DNA from: Octopus sinensis
Lineage: Eukaryota
Assembly: GCF_006345805.1 (NCBI RefSeq)
Contig: NC_043007.1
Span: forward strand, 12,834,001 to 12,898,000
Length of the DNA stretch: 64,000 bases
Reading direction: 5' to 3'
The position numbers and the translations under genes are program-made. The notes below the pieces were generated by a model. That model saw nothing but the letters and a program-made list of their open reading frames with translations, had not been told where the DNA came from and ran no database searches. Positions 1 through 12,454 of the stretch are shown in pieces. Position 1 is the first letter of the stretch; each line of letters opens with the position of its first letter.

Positions 1-48
1 AACAGCCAAAGTTTTTTGTTCAGATCCTACAAGAAAGGACTGATACAT
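1..48 (-). CDS. Possible start of a divergent gene running off the window (MYQSFLVGSEQKTLAV...)
   Basis: Minus strand TTGTTAG acceptor, then AAAATG at 48 and 16 open codons to the window edge. Too short to confirm. Confidence 0.2.
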   Translation of the reverse strand, partial: MYQSFLVGSEQKTLAV

Positions 49-239
49 TTTCAAAATACCTAACAACCATTTCGATTAAAATTTTCAATTTACATTTAAA
101 TTATAGGCCTTTGTGATTTTTTATTACAGACAGGGCCAACTCGGACGGAAAATGCAAAAGGAAGTTCATAAATTTGCACCGTTTTTCCGTTTTGATGTAT
201 TACATTGACAGATTTAAAACAGCTTTATGAAATTCCTGT

Positions 240-596
240 GTAATTCGCGGTAAAAATTGAGCTTGATTATAAGGTGGGCGAATTATGAAGCCTTTCGGCG
301 GCCGATCTCGCTCGTATCTAAATAGGATCCTTCTGATCTGACACGTGATCGCTTTAAATTGAAATCAATTTCAACCGGAAATAGCCGGTGCCCCGCGCGC
401 GCTTCAAAAGTAAACAAACGACGAGGTCAGATTTTTTTTTGCCCCGTTTTTCCTTCACATTATAAACAGGAAATGTATTTAGGAGCAATGGATTTATGAA
501 TCTTATCTTCGAGGATTGATTTCTAACGATTAAAACCATCCCTGTTCATATATCGAAACATTTTCCTGCCCATCCAGCTGAGAAAACCAGGTAAAT
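240..596 (+). promoter_or_regulatory. Candidate promoter and non-coding first exon of the BTB gene
   Basis: Repeat-free, CpG-enriched stretch (CCCCGCGCGCGC at ~391) ending in CCAG|GTAAAT at 591. Coding exon 1 is preceded by an acceptor, so an upstream exon is expected. Confidence 0.4.
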
Positions 597-1415
597 ACGC
601 AAAGAATTCTTTCTCTTTTGTTGCTATTGTTCTGTGTAATTCACTTTTTCTTGAGCTTTTCTCTTTGTTTATTCTGATCTCTCTTTAAAGCTATCTTAAT
701 AAGATTCCTTCCTTTATTTCCGATCGCCGTTTTAAAACAAATCTGTTGAGAATAATACGTGATAATACTTCCTGATAATTATCCATTCCACAATAGATTC
801 GCGCACTCACTTTTGTTTTGTATATCAGTTATAAAGGTTTACAAGAATACATCTCGGTTGAAGCACCTGTTCGTATTTACCAGATCGTATCCAAACATTG
901 TATTCGGTTAAATCCCGTAATTCATTTATTTTAAAATCTACTAATATTTTGTTCCTGTTTTCATCCGCTTGTCAAATAACTCGCCGAATTGTCTCTATTT
1001 TGAAAATGAACGGCCAGAAGAGAAGTGTTCGTATGTCTAATTGACATACAGTAGGGAACATCCTTCGACTACAAGATGTCACATTTATACATAAACGATT
1101 TTAAATATTAATTTCGAGGGAATTTTTCGAATATTGTTTTTGATTATTATTATCATCATGATCCTGTAATGTTTTTGAGTGGAAGGAATTAATCGATCCA
1201 AACTCGAGCATGCGAATGCTAATAAGTTATTGATAATTGATTGATACGGGTGTTGTCTACCTTTCGCCATTTATTGAGTGGTTTTGATTTATATTGGGTT
1301 TTTCTATGAGATTCATCATTTTGTCCCATAGGTTTCATAAATGAATTTCTTCGACAAAATTTATATATTTTGCTATTTACATGGTATTTTTCATTTGTCT
1401 AGCTGAGAACAAATG

Positions 1416-1487
<72 letters not shown>

Positions 1488-2018
1488 ACATATTTAATGT
1501 AGTGAGCTTCAAAAAATACTATGATGTGAAAGAAAATTTGTTTCAGCAAGTACGTGAAGCAATTCCGGGCTTGTTTCGGTATTATCAAACCTCCTCAGCC
1601 AAGTATAGATTTCGTTGTATATGTTGAAGTTGCAGTAAAAGAATCAAGATTTTGCCCTCGTTAACGTAGAAAAACAGGAATACTCAAAGAATATATCACT
1701 CTTAGATTAAAATTAGTCAAAGATTTATATTGTTGTTTCACAGCATTTTTCGATTTAGCTTCAAAATCACACACACAGAACAAATTACGTTTTTCTTGAT
1801 ATTTCTGTCGACAGAACAAGGAAGTTTGGCCTGATCAGTTTCAGTTCTGGTTAGGGTTCCTTTCAGAGGTCTTTGTCCACTGAAAAATGTAATCACTGCC
1901 AATAAAGACTTCAGAAAATTGGTTTATTTTAATATGTACAAATAATGCTTCCTTGGCATCATGGTATGTTTATATATATATCTGTAAATGTAATATGTGA
2001 CAATTATTCGGTAGCCAT

Positions 2019-2079
2019 CATAAAACTCTGAGTTTCGGATGTCGGGGTGGAAATCCATGCCGCCATCTCTTCAGTTATC
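2019..2079 (-). ncRNA. Type I hammerhead ribozyme motif (left arm, inverted copy)
   Basis: Reverse complement reads GATAA-CTGAAGA-GATG...CATC-C-GAAAC TCAGA GT T-TTATG. Confidence 0.6.
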
Positions 2080-2088
2080 TGGACATTG

Positions 2089-2149
2089 GATAACTGAAGA
2101 AATGGCGGCATGGATTTTCACTTCAACATCCGAAACTCGGAGTTTTATC
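2089..2149 (+). ncRNA. Type I hammerhead ribozyme motif (right arm of fold-back 1979-2189)
   Basis: GATAA-CTGAAGA-stem II (imperfect)-GAAAC TCGGA GT T-TTATC; 5-bp stem I, GUU site. Confidence 0.65.
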
Positions 2150-2520
2150 ATGGCTACCGAATAATTGTCACATAATACATTTACAGATAAATTCCTCTAT
2201 TTACATAATATCGAGATCTCTTTCTTTCTTTTGTTGTCTTGCCATTTCTATCAATATATATATGTAGCATGGTACCTCTAGCGTGTGTCTTTTGCAAGAT
2301 GGAAACTGAAAGAAGACCATAGTGTGTGTGTGTATGTACATTAAGGAACTGGTTTGAATGAGTTGACACAGATGGTTACATACGTTTGCTTTGAAAAGGA
2401 AAACTAAGAGGGATAATATAAGGGCCAGGGAAAGATAGGACAAAAACAATATGTATTACTGTAAGGTGAGAATAAGTAAGATTTAGGGAAAGAAGAAAAA
2501 AACAAGGCAAAGGAAACTGA

Positions 2521-2822
2521 ATCATCATCATCATCATTTAATGTCTGCTTTCCATGCTAGCACGGGTTGGACAGTTCGACCAGGGTCTGGGAAGCCAGGA
2601 GGCTGCACCAGGCTCCAGTCTGATCTGGCAGTGTTTCTACAGCTGGATGCCCTTCCTAACGCCAACCACTCTGTGAGTGTAGTGGGTGCTTTTTACGCGC
2701 CACAATTGGTTGGTCCTTTTTCGGCACGGAAGCCAGTCAAGGCGGCACTGGCATCGGCCACGTTCGGATGGTACTTTTTACCTGCCACCAGCGCAGGTAT
2801 CACAACTACAATTTCCATTTGG
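2521..2822 (-). mobile_element. Interspersed SINE-like repeat with (GAT)n tail (family 'B')
   Basis: CATCATCAT..TTTAATGTCTGCTTTCCATGCTAGC...CTGGATGCCCTTCCTAACGCCAACCAC; many copies in this window. Confidence 0.8.
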
Positions 2823-3074
2823 AATAAAAACAATAAAGAAGAAGCAGAAACATAAATGTGAGGGAGGAAGAAGAAGAAGAAGAATCTGTTGAGTTTTCTC
2901 CGTTGCTGTGTGCTAAATCTTGGTGATTGTGATGAATGGTAAAATGCTCTGAGACTCAGCCAAACCATGCTGTCAGACTGCCTTAACAGCTTTATAGGTC
3001 CCTGGGCATATCAGTACATTGGGCCCTATAGTATTTATCAATTGACAGCAAGCCACCTCCCTTCAACAAGTCAT

Positions 3075-3410
3075 CCTAACGAGACATCTGCATTGGCTGG
3101 GTCATGTCCTCCGTCGTCAGCCAGGAGAATTCATCTACAAAGCAATTGCCCCAGCTCCCCTTCAGGGTTGGCAAAAGCGATGTGGAGGACAACGAAAAAC
3201 CTGGCTGATGACAGTCAAGGCTGATCTGGAACCCAACCTAGGCCCCCATATCTACGGCGTTCACTGCTGGAATAAGAAGTGGTTGGAGATCACGTGGTCA
3301 TTAGCCTCAAATTGCCAGGCCTGGTCAGCGTTTGTGAAAGCTGCAGCATTGAGGATGAATGAAGCCAGCTCAACCCGCCCCGGGTGAATGCTGTCTCAAG
3401 TCAAGTCAAG
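3075..3410 (+). mobile_element. 5'-truncated RTE-clade LINE 3' end
   Basis: Translates as LHWLGHVLRRQPGE...GGQRKTWLMTVKADLE...W..LA....AW, stop at 3385-3387, then a (CAAGT)n tail. These are typical RTE C-terminal motifs. Confidence 0.8.
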
Positions 3411-3624
3411 CCACAGCATACAGAGATCAGAATTAGGCCCCTAGACATGCAAGGTCCCTGAGCAACTGCCCAGTATGCCCATATGTTAAGATAGTTCTGC
3501 ATGCCATCATGAAATAATAATGATCGTCACCATCATTTCCATGCCTACTTTTCCATGGTTGTATGGAAAAGTATTCCAATGAAAATATATTGAAGCAGAG
3601 TTTTCTATGGCTGGAGGCATTTTC

Positions 3625-4032
3625 TTATTTCTTTATTGCCCACAAGGGGCTAAACATAGAGGGGACAAACAAAGGGAATAAGTTAATTACCTCAACCCTA
3701 GTGCGTAACTGGTACTTAATTTATTGACCCCCGAAAGGATGAAAGGTAAAGTCGACCTTGGCGGAATTTGAACTCAGAACGTAATGGCTGACGAAATACC
3801 TATTTCTTTACTACCCACAAGGGGCTAAACACAGAGGGGGCAAACAAGGACAGACAAACGGATTAAGTCGATTATATCGACCTCAGTGCGTAACTGGTAC
3901 TTAATTTATCGACCCCCGAAAGGATGAAAGGCAAAGTCGGCCTCGGCGGAATTTGAACTCAGAGCGTAGCGGCAGATGAAATACTGCTAAGCATTTCGCC
4001 CAACGTGTTAACGTTTCTGCCAGCTCGCCGCC
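3625..4032 (-). mobile_element. Two tandem tRNA-derived SINEs with MetaSINE-like central domain (family 'A')
   Basis: Reverse complement contains GTTCAAATTCCGCC (B box) and GTCGACTTTGCCTTTCATCCTTTCGGGGGTCGATAAATTAAGTACCAG. Confidence 0.85.
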
Positions 4033-5007
4033 TTATGGCCGGATGTCTTTCCTGTCACCAATCCTCACCTGTTTTCAAGTGAAGTCATCATCTCCCCAGT
4101 CTGTCTATTAATGAACAATCCAGGCATGGTTATATGGAGAACTGGAAATAAACGATGCTGTCTGAATGAGCTTTTTGTTTACAAAGATTACATAACATAT
4201 CAAGACATATCGCAAAGCCCAGACATGCATTAGAAGCAGATGGAAAACAATGAATACCATCTGTATGGGTGAGTGGTTAAGAAGTTCATTTTATTACCAT
4301 GTAGTGTCAGGTTCAGTCCCACTATGTAACACTTCTCTTACAGTCTCGGGCCAAACAATTCCTCGTGGTAGATGGATATATATATATATATATATATATA
4401 ATGAATTAATAAATAAATAAAACATATGCATATATACATACATATATGTACGTACCTACCTCTACATGTATATATACATGCATATATGGGTACAGGACAC
4501 CAAAAAACGTCGAACACAATGAGAAACGAAAACATAAACACAAAACCAAGGAAATGAACATTTTTCTTAAACAACGAAATAATAGAGTACAGGACATACA
4601 AAACAAGGAAAATTCCCCTTCTTCAGTCGCCTTTGTTTCATCTACTCCGTGTTTCGAAGGTCAAGGCGATACATGACTTTAATGAAACAATCCTTCCCGC
4701 GAAAATCAAATTAAATAAAATTTGAGTTTTTTTTGCGGAGGAGTAAAAATGGTAACAAAAAACAGGACAGTAACGACAGTACAAAATATAAACAGTAAAA
4801 GACAGGACAAGGAGAATAACAGTAACACAAACAAGAAGGGCTGTTAAGCCGAATGAGATAAAAAATTTTACGAATGCTATTTTTTGAGAACGGCGAAGGA
4901 GCAACAGATGTGCCGTCTCTACTTGAAGGCAGCCAGGACAGAAAGACAGTAGCAGAGTTCTCGTCACGGGTCAACGACGGGAGGGAGGAGGAGGAGTAAG
5001 AGAAAGG

Positions 5008-5038
<31 letters not shown>

Positions 5039-5226
5039 CAATAAGAAAATGGAGGGGATCAATAGGTGGTTCATCAACTTTTAGACATTATATTATTTCA
5101 ATTAATTTATTTATTGACTAAAATCACAATTACAAGAATATACATACATGTATAACATATTATGCTTTACATATAGAATATATTAATATATAAAGTTACC
5201 AGTAATTATTAAAATATAACATACAA

Positions 5227-5265
<39 letters not shown>

Positions 5266-5446
5266 CATAATTGTTAAAGAGGGTTAAGTATGGTTTTTAT
5301 TATTTTTATAGATTGTTACACAAATTATTTCATCGTTAATTGTCATTTTATTTAATGATTATATCATTGTTTCTTGTATTTGTTTTGTTTTAATTATTAT
5401 CATCATCATCATCATCATTATCTTTATTTTTTTTTTTTAACAGAAA

Positions 5447-5842
5447 ATGAAGTTTCACATTACTTTTGGCTACAAGAAGAAGGTGCTCGATGTGTTATAC
5501 CCTTACATAATCCGCAGCATGATAACTCGTGCTTTCAATTTGCCGTCGGGAAATTTTAGTATCCAGAAGTGGAACGATGACTGGCACGACTGGGTGGACG
5601 TTGAACCATCAGACTTACAAGATGGAGATCGACTGAATGTAATTATGAATCTCTCAGAGTTATCCATGGGTATCAGTCCAGGTGCTGGTAACATTATGAG
5701 CCAAAGCCCAGTCACACAGGCTACCAGTCCTATGGTTAGTAATACTTCTTCATTGCTCACCTCCTCAATGGTCAGTTGTAGCAATTTAATGGTCAATAGT
5801 CCGGTGGTTACAAATAGTTCATTGATGATTAATAGTCCGATG
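5447..5842 (+). CDS. Coding exon 1 of a BTB/AT-hook gene (MKFHITFG...NSPM); N-terminal ubiquitin/PB1-like segment plus Ser/Met-rich linker
   Basis: Polypyrimidine tract and CAG acceptor at 5441-5443, AAAATG start at 5447, GTAAGA donor at 5843 (phase 0). Joins in frame to the next exon. Confidence 0.85.
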
Positions 5843-6239
5843 GTAAGAGGTATTTACATTTTTTCATTAATGTCTCGCTGTAATTGTGTTGTCTTGTTTT
5901 AAAATATTTTTTTTTTAATAATATTTGTGTTGTTTTTGTAAAATCTCAGAAAATAATTAAAAATTCACATTTTTTGTCAAATTATTTTCCAACTGTAAAC
6001 ATTTTAAATATTTCACTAACTTTTTGTTATAACTTGGCAAAAGGGTACTTTTGATAATGTGGTTGTTGTTGTGGTTGCTGGGTATCACTGCTAGGATAAA
6101 TCAAACAGTAGGGATCAGTGGTTCTTAACCATTCTTCACTTATGGACCCTCTGATCCCTATCTTACTCTATGAGACCCTCATAGCCATTTAATGTTTTTA
6201 AAAAATCCTATTATATTTTTATCACTTAATAGAAATTGT

Positions 6240-6891
6240 GGTCTGGCACCCGTGCCAGTGGCACATAAAAAGTACCATTCAGACATGGTCAATGCCAGTG
6301 TCACATGACTGCCTCCCATGCCACTGGCATGGGAGCCAGTGGCACATAAAAAGCATCATTCAAGCATAGTAGATGCCAGTGGCACATAAAAAGCTCCATT
6401 TGAGCATGGTTGTTGCCAGTGCCGCCTGACTGGCTCCTGTGTCAATGGAACGTAAAAAGCTCCATTTGAGCATGGTTGATGCCAGTGCCGCCTGATTGGC
6501 TCCCATGCTGGTGCCACATAAAAAGCTCCATTTGAGCATGGTTGATGCCAGTGTCGCCTGATTGACTCCCATGCCAGTGGCACATAAAAAGCTCCATTTG
6601 AGCATGGTTGATGCCAGTGTCGCCTGACTGACTCCCATGCCAGTGGCACATAAAAAGCTCCATTTGAGCATGGTTGATGCCAGTGCCGCCTGATTGGCTC
6701 CCATGCTGGTGGCACATAAAAAGCACCCACTACCCTCTCAGAGTGGTTGGCATTAGGAAGGGCATCCAGCTGTAGAAACCTTGTCAGAACAGATTGGAGC
6801 CTGGCATAGCCTCCTGGCTTGCCAGTCCTCAGTCAAATCATCCAACCCATGCCAGCATGGAAAGCAGATGTTAAACAATGATGATGATGAT
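6240..6891 (+). mobile_element. Family B SINE-like repeat with ~8 tandem 60-bp subrepeats
   Basis: Repeated GGCACATAAAAAGCTCCATTTGAGCATGGTTGATGCCAGTG..., ending GTTAAACAATGATGATGATG. Confidence 0.85.
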
Positions 6892-7212
6892 GGTGTATAA
6901 AAAAAAATTGTTAAGATATTTGATGTATTTTAGAAGTATAGCCAATTTTATTGCCTGTAAATTTTAACAAAATCTTACGTGGATCCCCAAGGGCTGTATG
7001 GAGCCTATTTAAGAACCACTACTCTTGAGCAACCATGGGCAACTTTTTTGAGAAGTGTGACTGCATGAGACATGGCTCGTCAATGGGTGGGGAATACTAA
7101 AAAAAATTCAAAGTAATTTATTGGTTTGGGTCATTCAGAAGGTCCTGTTAGTTGCATTTTGCCCATGGCTAATGTGGATGATTAAATGTGGCAGCTTGTG
7201 AAGTTTCCACAA

Positions 7213-7258
7213 GACACTTGATGAAGGCTGGAGGTTATATCAGCTGAAATGTTGTGTT
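7213..7258 (+). ncRNA. Degenerate minimal hammerhead motif (intronic, sense strand)
   Basis: GACAC-TTGATGA-A-GGCTG...CAGCT-GAAAT GT T-GTGTT; C3 and C15.2 mutated. Confidence 0.5.
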
Positions 7259-7836
7259 AACAACAAAGATGAGGACAAATATCTGTCAAATGTAAATAAT
7301 GTAAATAACTTTGTTGTTATTAATCTGGTGTTTAAATCTTAAATTAATATGAAATTTTGATGGTATTTTTTTAATGCAGATCAGTTTTAAAATGGGACTT
7401 CTTTAGTCTCAGGTGGGCTGATGTTAAAATCATTAATTGAACATTTAACTTTCTTTCAAACTTTCTGATAACTTTGTGGCTATAAAGTAAAAGAATCCCT
7501 CAATTCTTGGAAACTGGCAAATATTTAGTGAGCACCAATAGTTGTGATAAAAATTTCTTTATGCTATTATGAAATTAAAAACAAATTCCTTAAATTTGAA
7601 CATTTTGCAGCATTTTTTATCAAGTATGTATCTGCATGTGTTTGTGTACATGTCTGTGTTTACCTATGTGCCAAGATACTAGGATCTGCTGCTTAGCTTA
7701 GTTTGTGTAATCTAAATCAGTAATTAACATTTAGCTGTCTCATTTGTGTTTGAATATTTTCTTAATGGCGATAGCTGATCCATTTTAAAGTTTGTTTTTC
7801 ACGATCAGTATTATTTTTATGTCACAATTTATTCAG

Positions 7837-8003
7837 GTTACCAATAGTTCATTGATGAGTGGGTTTGAAGAACCGGTGGCAGCGTCATCTAATTCATTGC
7901 AAGATGTTGTTGATACATTGATGCCTGATGCTGACAAACACGAGGCTTCATCGTCCACAGTTTCAAATTCTGCAAAATCTTCAGATGTGCGAAACAAATT
8001 AGC
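7837..8003 (+). CDS. Coding exon 2 (VTNSSLMSGFEEPVAA...RNKLA)
   Basis: ATTCAG acceptor ending 7836, GTAAGT donor at 8004 (phase 2), open frame. Confidence 0.85.
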
Positions 8004-8134
8004 GTAAGTAATAATTTTTTTTTCCTATGGTTTTGTTGTCCACTTCACAAGCACATAGTTTTGGTCTCACAGGTGTTTGTGGGTCTTTGTATTGATACGG
8101 CTTGGTTTTGTTATTTGGGTGATTTTTTGTCTCG

Positions 8135-8480
8135 ATCAAAAATCAATGGAAATTGCAGTTGTGATACCAGTGCTGGTGCCACGTAAAAGAACCATCCGAA
8201 TGTGGCCATTGCCAGCGCCGCCTCGACTGGCCTCCATGCTGGTGGCACGTAAAAAGCACCAACCAATCGTGGCCGTTGCCAGCCTCCCCTGGCACCTGTG
8301 CTGGTGGCACGTAAAAAGCATCCACTACACTCACAGAGTGGTTGGCATTAGGAAGAGCATCCAGCTGTAGAAACTCTGCCAGATCAGACTGGGCCTGGTG
8401 CAACCTCCATGGCTTCCCAGACCCCTGTCGAACGGTCCAACCCATGCTAGCATGGAAAGCAGACGTTAAACGATGATGAT
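8135..8480 (+). mobile_element. Family B SINE-like repeat
   Basis: Same body and GATGATG tail as 6240-6891. Confidence 0.8.
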
Positions 8481-9274
8481 TGGCACTTGCCACCATCTAT
8501 ATCTCTCTCCCTTCCTTTACTCAACGATCCCAATTATATTCTGATCCCTGTTCCTTGTGAGTATGCCCAACATTTTGCCACTATCTCTACCCTGCTATCT
8601 CCCACTCTCTCTCTCTCCTTCTCCTGCATTTCCCTCAGGTTGGGTAACCATGTTTTTCCTTTGCAGTAACTCACCTGCTTCTGTCTTTGTTCCTGATCTC
8701 TGTCTCTCTGGCCAGGTAACCTTGTACTTCCTCTACAAGACACCCGTTTCTGTCTCTCTGGTTCACTATAACCTTTCATCATCCAACACCAGATCACCTC
8801 ATCCAATGCCCCCTCCCCTCTTCAAAGTTTTGTTTTTTGTCTTGCAAGTACTTGGTGACCCTGGCAGTGCAGATACCGTTTAAAGGCACCCAGTCCACAG
8901 TGTAAAGTGCTTGGCATTCGGAGGGGCATCCAGCTGTAAAAACCTTACCAAAACTGACCTCGCCTGTGCTTTGTGCCACATAAAAAGCATTAAGTCCACT
9001 CTGCTGAGTGGTTGATGTTAGGAAGGGCATCCAGCTGTAAAAATCCTGCCAAAACAGTCACAGATGTTTGATGCATGGTGCTGGTACAGGTGGTTTTTAT
9101 GTGGCACTGGCATGGGTTAATTCCACTCACAAGGAATTAATAAACTCTAAAGTATCATGTAATGGGATTGTCCTTAAAACCATGTGCATGCAAAGCTACC
9201 TTCTCAAGTACACCCCTTTACCTGTACCTATTTATTAATTAGTTTTTTTTTTTTTTTCCATTTTTACTTTGCAG

Positions 9275-9442
9275 CCACTCTGAACACATGGAGTTTAAGC
9301 CTTGGCCGGTACCATTCCGAATTCCTACACACTTATTCCGTCCTGAGTTAAAATCTACACTTGCTTCGAAACAGGTGTTAAGTCGCAAGATGAAGTCTGC
9401 ACTGATACAAGCTATTTATGACGAAATGATTAATTATACAGT
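9275..9442 (+). CDS. Coding exon 3 (HSEHMEFKPWPVPFRIPTHLFRPELK...IYDEMINYTV); not in the ORF track
   Basis: Long T tract and TTTGCAG acceptor, GTGAGT donor at 9443, phase 2 in and phase 2 out, no stops. Confidence 0.85.
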
Positions 9443-9681
9443 GTGAGTTATTAATCTGATTTATGTTTGTATATATCTTTTTTAAATAATTAAATATGTA
9501 ACCAACTATTCAAATGCTAAATAACTGCTCGTCATGCATTTGGTAAAATTTCATGTTGATCAGTTGTACCCCCACTTGAGTCAAAAAGCATTTGTGGTAA
9601 GTTTCCATGGGGACAGATTTAGTCCTATGATCAAAGGTATTCAACCCATGGTCATCCTAACTCGTATGTTTCATAAATATT

Positions 9682-10113
9682 CTTTTCTACTCTAGACATA
9701 AAGCCAGACATTTTTGGGGAGGAAGCCAGTCGATTAGATTGGCCCCAGTACGCAATTGGTACTTAACTTATCGATCCCAAAAGGATGGAAAGTAAAGTCA
9801 ATCTCGGCGGAATTTGAACTCAGAACGTAAAGACATGAAGTACTGCTAAGCATTTTGCCTGGCATGCAAACGTTTCTGCCAGCTTGCCGCTTTTAATACT
9901 ATTTTCTACTCTAGGCACGAAACAAGAAATTTTGGGGGAGGGGGGGCCAGTCAATTAGATCGACTCCAGTACGCAATTGGTACTTAATTTATCGACCCCG
10001 AAAGGATGAAAGGCAAAGTCGACCATGGCAGAATTTGAACTCAGAACGTAAAGACAGACGAAACACCGCTAAGCATTCCGCCTGGCGTGCTAACGCTTCT
10101 GCCATCTCGCCAC
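9682..10113 (-). mobile_element. Two tandem family A SINEs
   Basis: Same central domain as 3625-4032. Confidence 0.85.
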
Positions 10114-10356
10114 CTTCAAATATTTCATAAATATTGTATAACCTTAACTTACATCATCAAATGTTAAGAGAAATTTGACTGCTTTTTCTAGCAGCATGAG
10201 TAATCATGTAGACCAGTCATGGGGGATCTGTGCTCTATGGGACTTTCTGGATGTCTTGCCTAACAAAAAATTTTCTTGAATTTTTTTTTTAGTAGTGCAG
10301 CCCACCTGATGATGAGTCATACCTCATGTAACCCCTACTTTTTGGAAAAGGTTGCC

Positions 10357-10778
10357 CAGGTGTGGCTGTGTGGTAAGAAGTTTGCTTTGCAACTATATGC
10401 TTCTGGGTTCAGTCCCACTGTGTGACACCTTGGGAAAGTGTTTTCTACTATAGCCACAGGCTGGCCAAAGCAATGTGAGTGGATTTTGTAGATGGAAACT
10501 GAAAGAAGCCTGTCATATATGTGTATGTGTGCATGTATCTTTGTGCCCTCCACCATTGCTTGGCAAGCAGTGTTTGTTTGTTTACCTCCCCGTAACTTAG
10601 TAGTTCAGCAAACGATGGCTGTGTGGTAAGTAGCTTGCTTACGAACCACATGGTTCCGGGTTCAGTCCCACTGTGTGGCACCTTAGGCAAGTGTCTTCTA
10701 CTATAGCCTCCGGCCGACCAAAGCCTTGTGAGTGGATTTGGTAGACGGAAACTGAAAGAAGCCTGTCGAATATATGTG

Positions 10779-10827
<49 letters not shown>

Positions 10828-10857
10828 ACATATATATATACATATATATATATACAC

Positions 10858-10888
<31 letters not shown>

Positions 10889-11110
10889 TGTGTGTGTGTA
10901 TGTTTGTGTGTCTGTGTTTGTCCCCCCCCCCACATCGCTTGACAACCGATGCTGATGTGTTTACGTCCCTGTAACTTAGCGGTTTGGCAAAAGAGATTGA
11001 TAGAATAAGTACCACGTTTGTGAAAAAAGTATTAGAGTCAATTCATTCAACCAAAAATTCTTCAAGGCGGTGCCCCAGCATGGCCACAGTCTAAAGACTA
11101 AAACAAACAA
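10357..11110 (+). mobile_element. Two tRNA-derived SINEs (family 'C') with internal (TA)n/(TG)n
   Basis: GTGGCTGTGTGGTAAG (A box)...GGTTCAGTCCC (B box)...GTGAGTGGATTTGGTAGACGGAAACTGAAAGAAGCC. Confidence 0.85.
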
Positions 11111-11210
11111 AATATAACAGATTCTTGTTGCAGACAGTTTCTTGTTGTTGTTGTTGCTGTTGTTTATTTTGATATTTATCAACACAGACAATGTTTGTAT
11201 CCAATTACAG

Positions 11211-11304
11211 TTACCCTACGTCATCTCAATACAAAGAAGTTGCCATGGCAATTATTACAGAATATTCACATTTACGGGATACGGTCCCCGGCGGTAAAGG
11301 TTAT
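11211..11304 (+). CDS. Coding exon 4 (YPTSSQYKEVAMAIITEYSHLRDTVPGGKGY); not in the ORF track
   Basis: TTACAG acceptor, GTAAGT donor at 11305, phase 2 in and phase 0 out; continues the conserved motif begun in exon 3. Confidence 0.85.
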
Positions 11305-11446
11305 GTAAGTTACTGTCTTATTTCTCTTTGATTAAATTTTCGGGGAGGGGCCAGTCGATAAGATCGACCCTTGTACGCAATTAGTATTTAACTTATTGAT
11401 CCCGAAAGGATGAAAAGCAAAGTCGACCTTTCGTATTTCTAAATAT

Positions 11447-11916
11447 CATCATCATCATTGTTTTGTCATCCACTTTTCCATGCTTGCATGGGTTAGACAA
11501 AATTCTTTGAAGCAGATTTTCTACAGCTGGATGTTCTTCCTGTCACCAACCCTCACTTCTTTTCAAGCAAGGTGATATTTCGATATTTCTCCATGGCCAG
11601 ACATGTTTACATGGAAGATTAGAAATGAGTGGCACTGTTTATGTAATGGTGACACTTATTTCCAATTCCTCATCATCATCGTTTAACGTCCGTTTTCCAT
11701 GCTAGCACAGGTTGGACGGTTTTACCAAGGTCTGGGAAGCCAGGAGGCTGCACCAGGCTCCAGTCTGATCTGGCGGTGTTTCTACAGCTGGATGCCCTTC
11801 CTAACGCCAACCACTCTGTGAGTGTAGTGGGTGCTTTTATGTGCCACCTGCACAGGTGCCAGAGGAGGCTAGCAACGGCCACGATCAGTTGGTACTTTTT
11901 ACGTGCCACTGGCACA
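11447..11916 (-). mobile_element. Two family B SINE-like repeats
   Basis: CATCATCAT tails at ~11450 and ~11671 with the family B body. Confidence 0.75.
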
Positions 11917-12165
11917 GTTCTCATTACAATATTAAGATGAGACACAAACACTTTGCTTTGGTATAATGGTAGAACTTTGGTATAATGGTAGAACATCTGT
12001 CATGTCTACAGGAGATGTAAGTTCAGGTCCCTACGGCAGACTTCAAATTTTTCTATCCAGAAGGGTTTTTTAACTCCATATTTACATGCTGCTATTTATA
12101 GCTTTATATGCACTTTGAACCAATTCCAAAAAAAGTGAATTATTCCATTAAATATATTAATTTAG

Positions 12166-12339
12166 GAATCTTGGTCTGCAACACTTTCTGATAAATTCCG
12201 TAATGAGAGAAGAATTATGACAAACATTGAAGTTGTGGAAAAACGTAAGCGTCGACGGGTTGTGAGCGAACCGGAATCATCTTCGAGTGAAGTGTGTGAA
12301 AAACCTGTTGCTGCCCAGTCTTCTCATCGCCAAACACAG
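12166..12339 (+). CDS. Coding exon 5 (ESWSATLSDKFRNERR...KRKRRR NLS...QTQ)
   Basis: TTTAG acceptor, CAG|GTAAAT donor, 174 nt, phase 0/0. Confidence 0.85.
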
Positions 12340-12454
12340 GTAAATATAATCAAATATTCACCTCAAAAGAAAACAGTTTTATTGCATTTTTCAGATTGCA
12401 TGTCTTTACAACTTATTTCATTCTCAACATAACTTGGACTTATTCCATTACATC

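Noticed and set aside
1540-1605. Minus-strand CTGAGGA-GGT..ACC-GAAAC
   Set aside because: Stem II pairs, but there is no UH site or stem I partner; at best a decayed remnant.
4600-4680. Possible type II hammerhead on the minus strand (CCTTC-GAAAC...CTGAAGA-AGGGG)
   Set aside because: The segment between the putative cleavage site and CTGAAGA cannot form stem I. It lies in an unclassified repeat (4338-4990).
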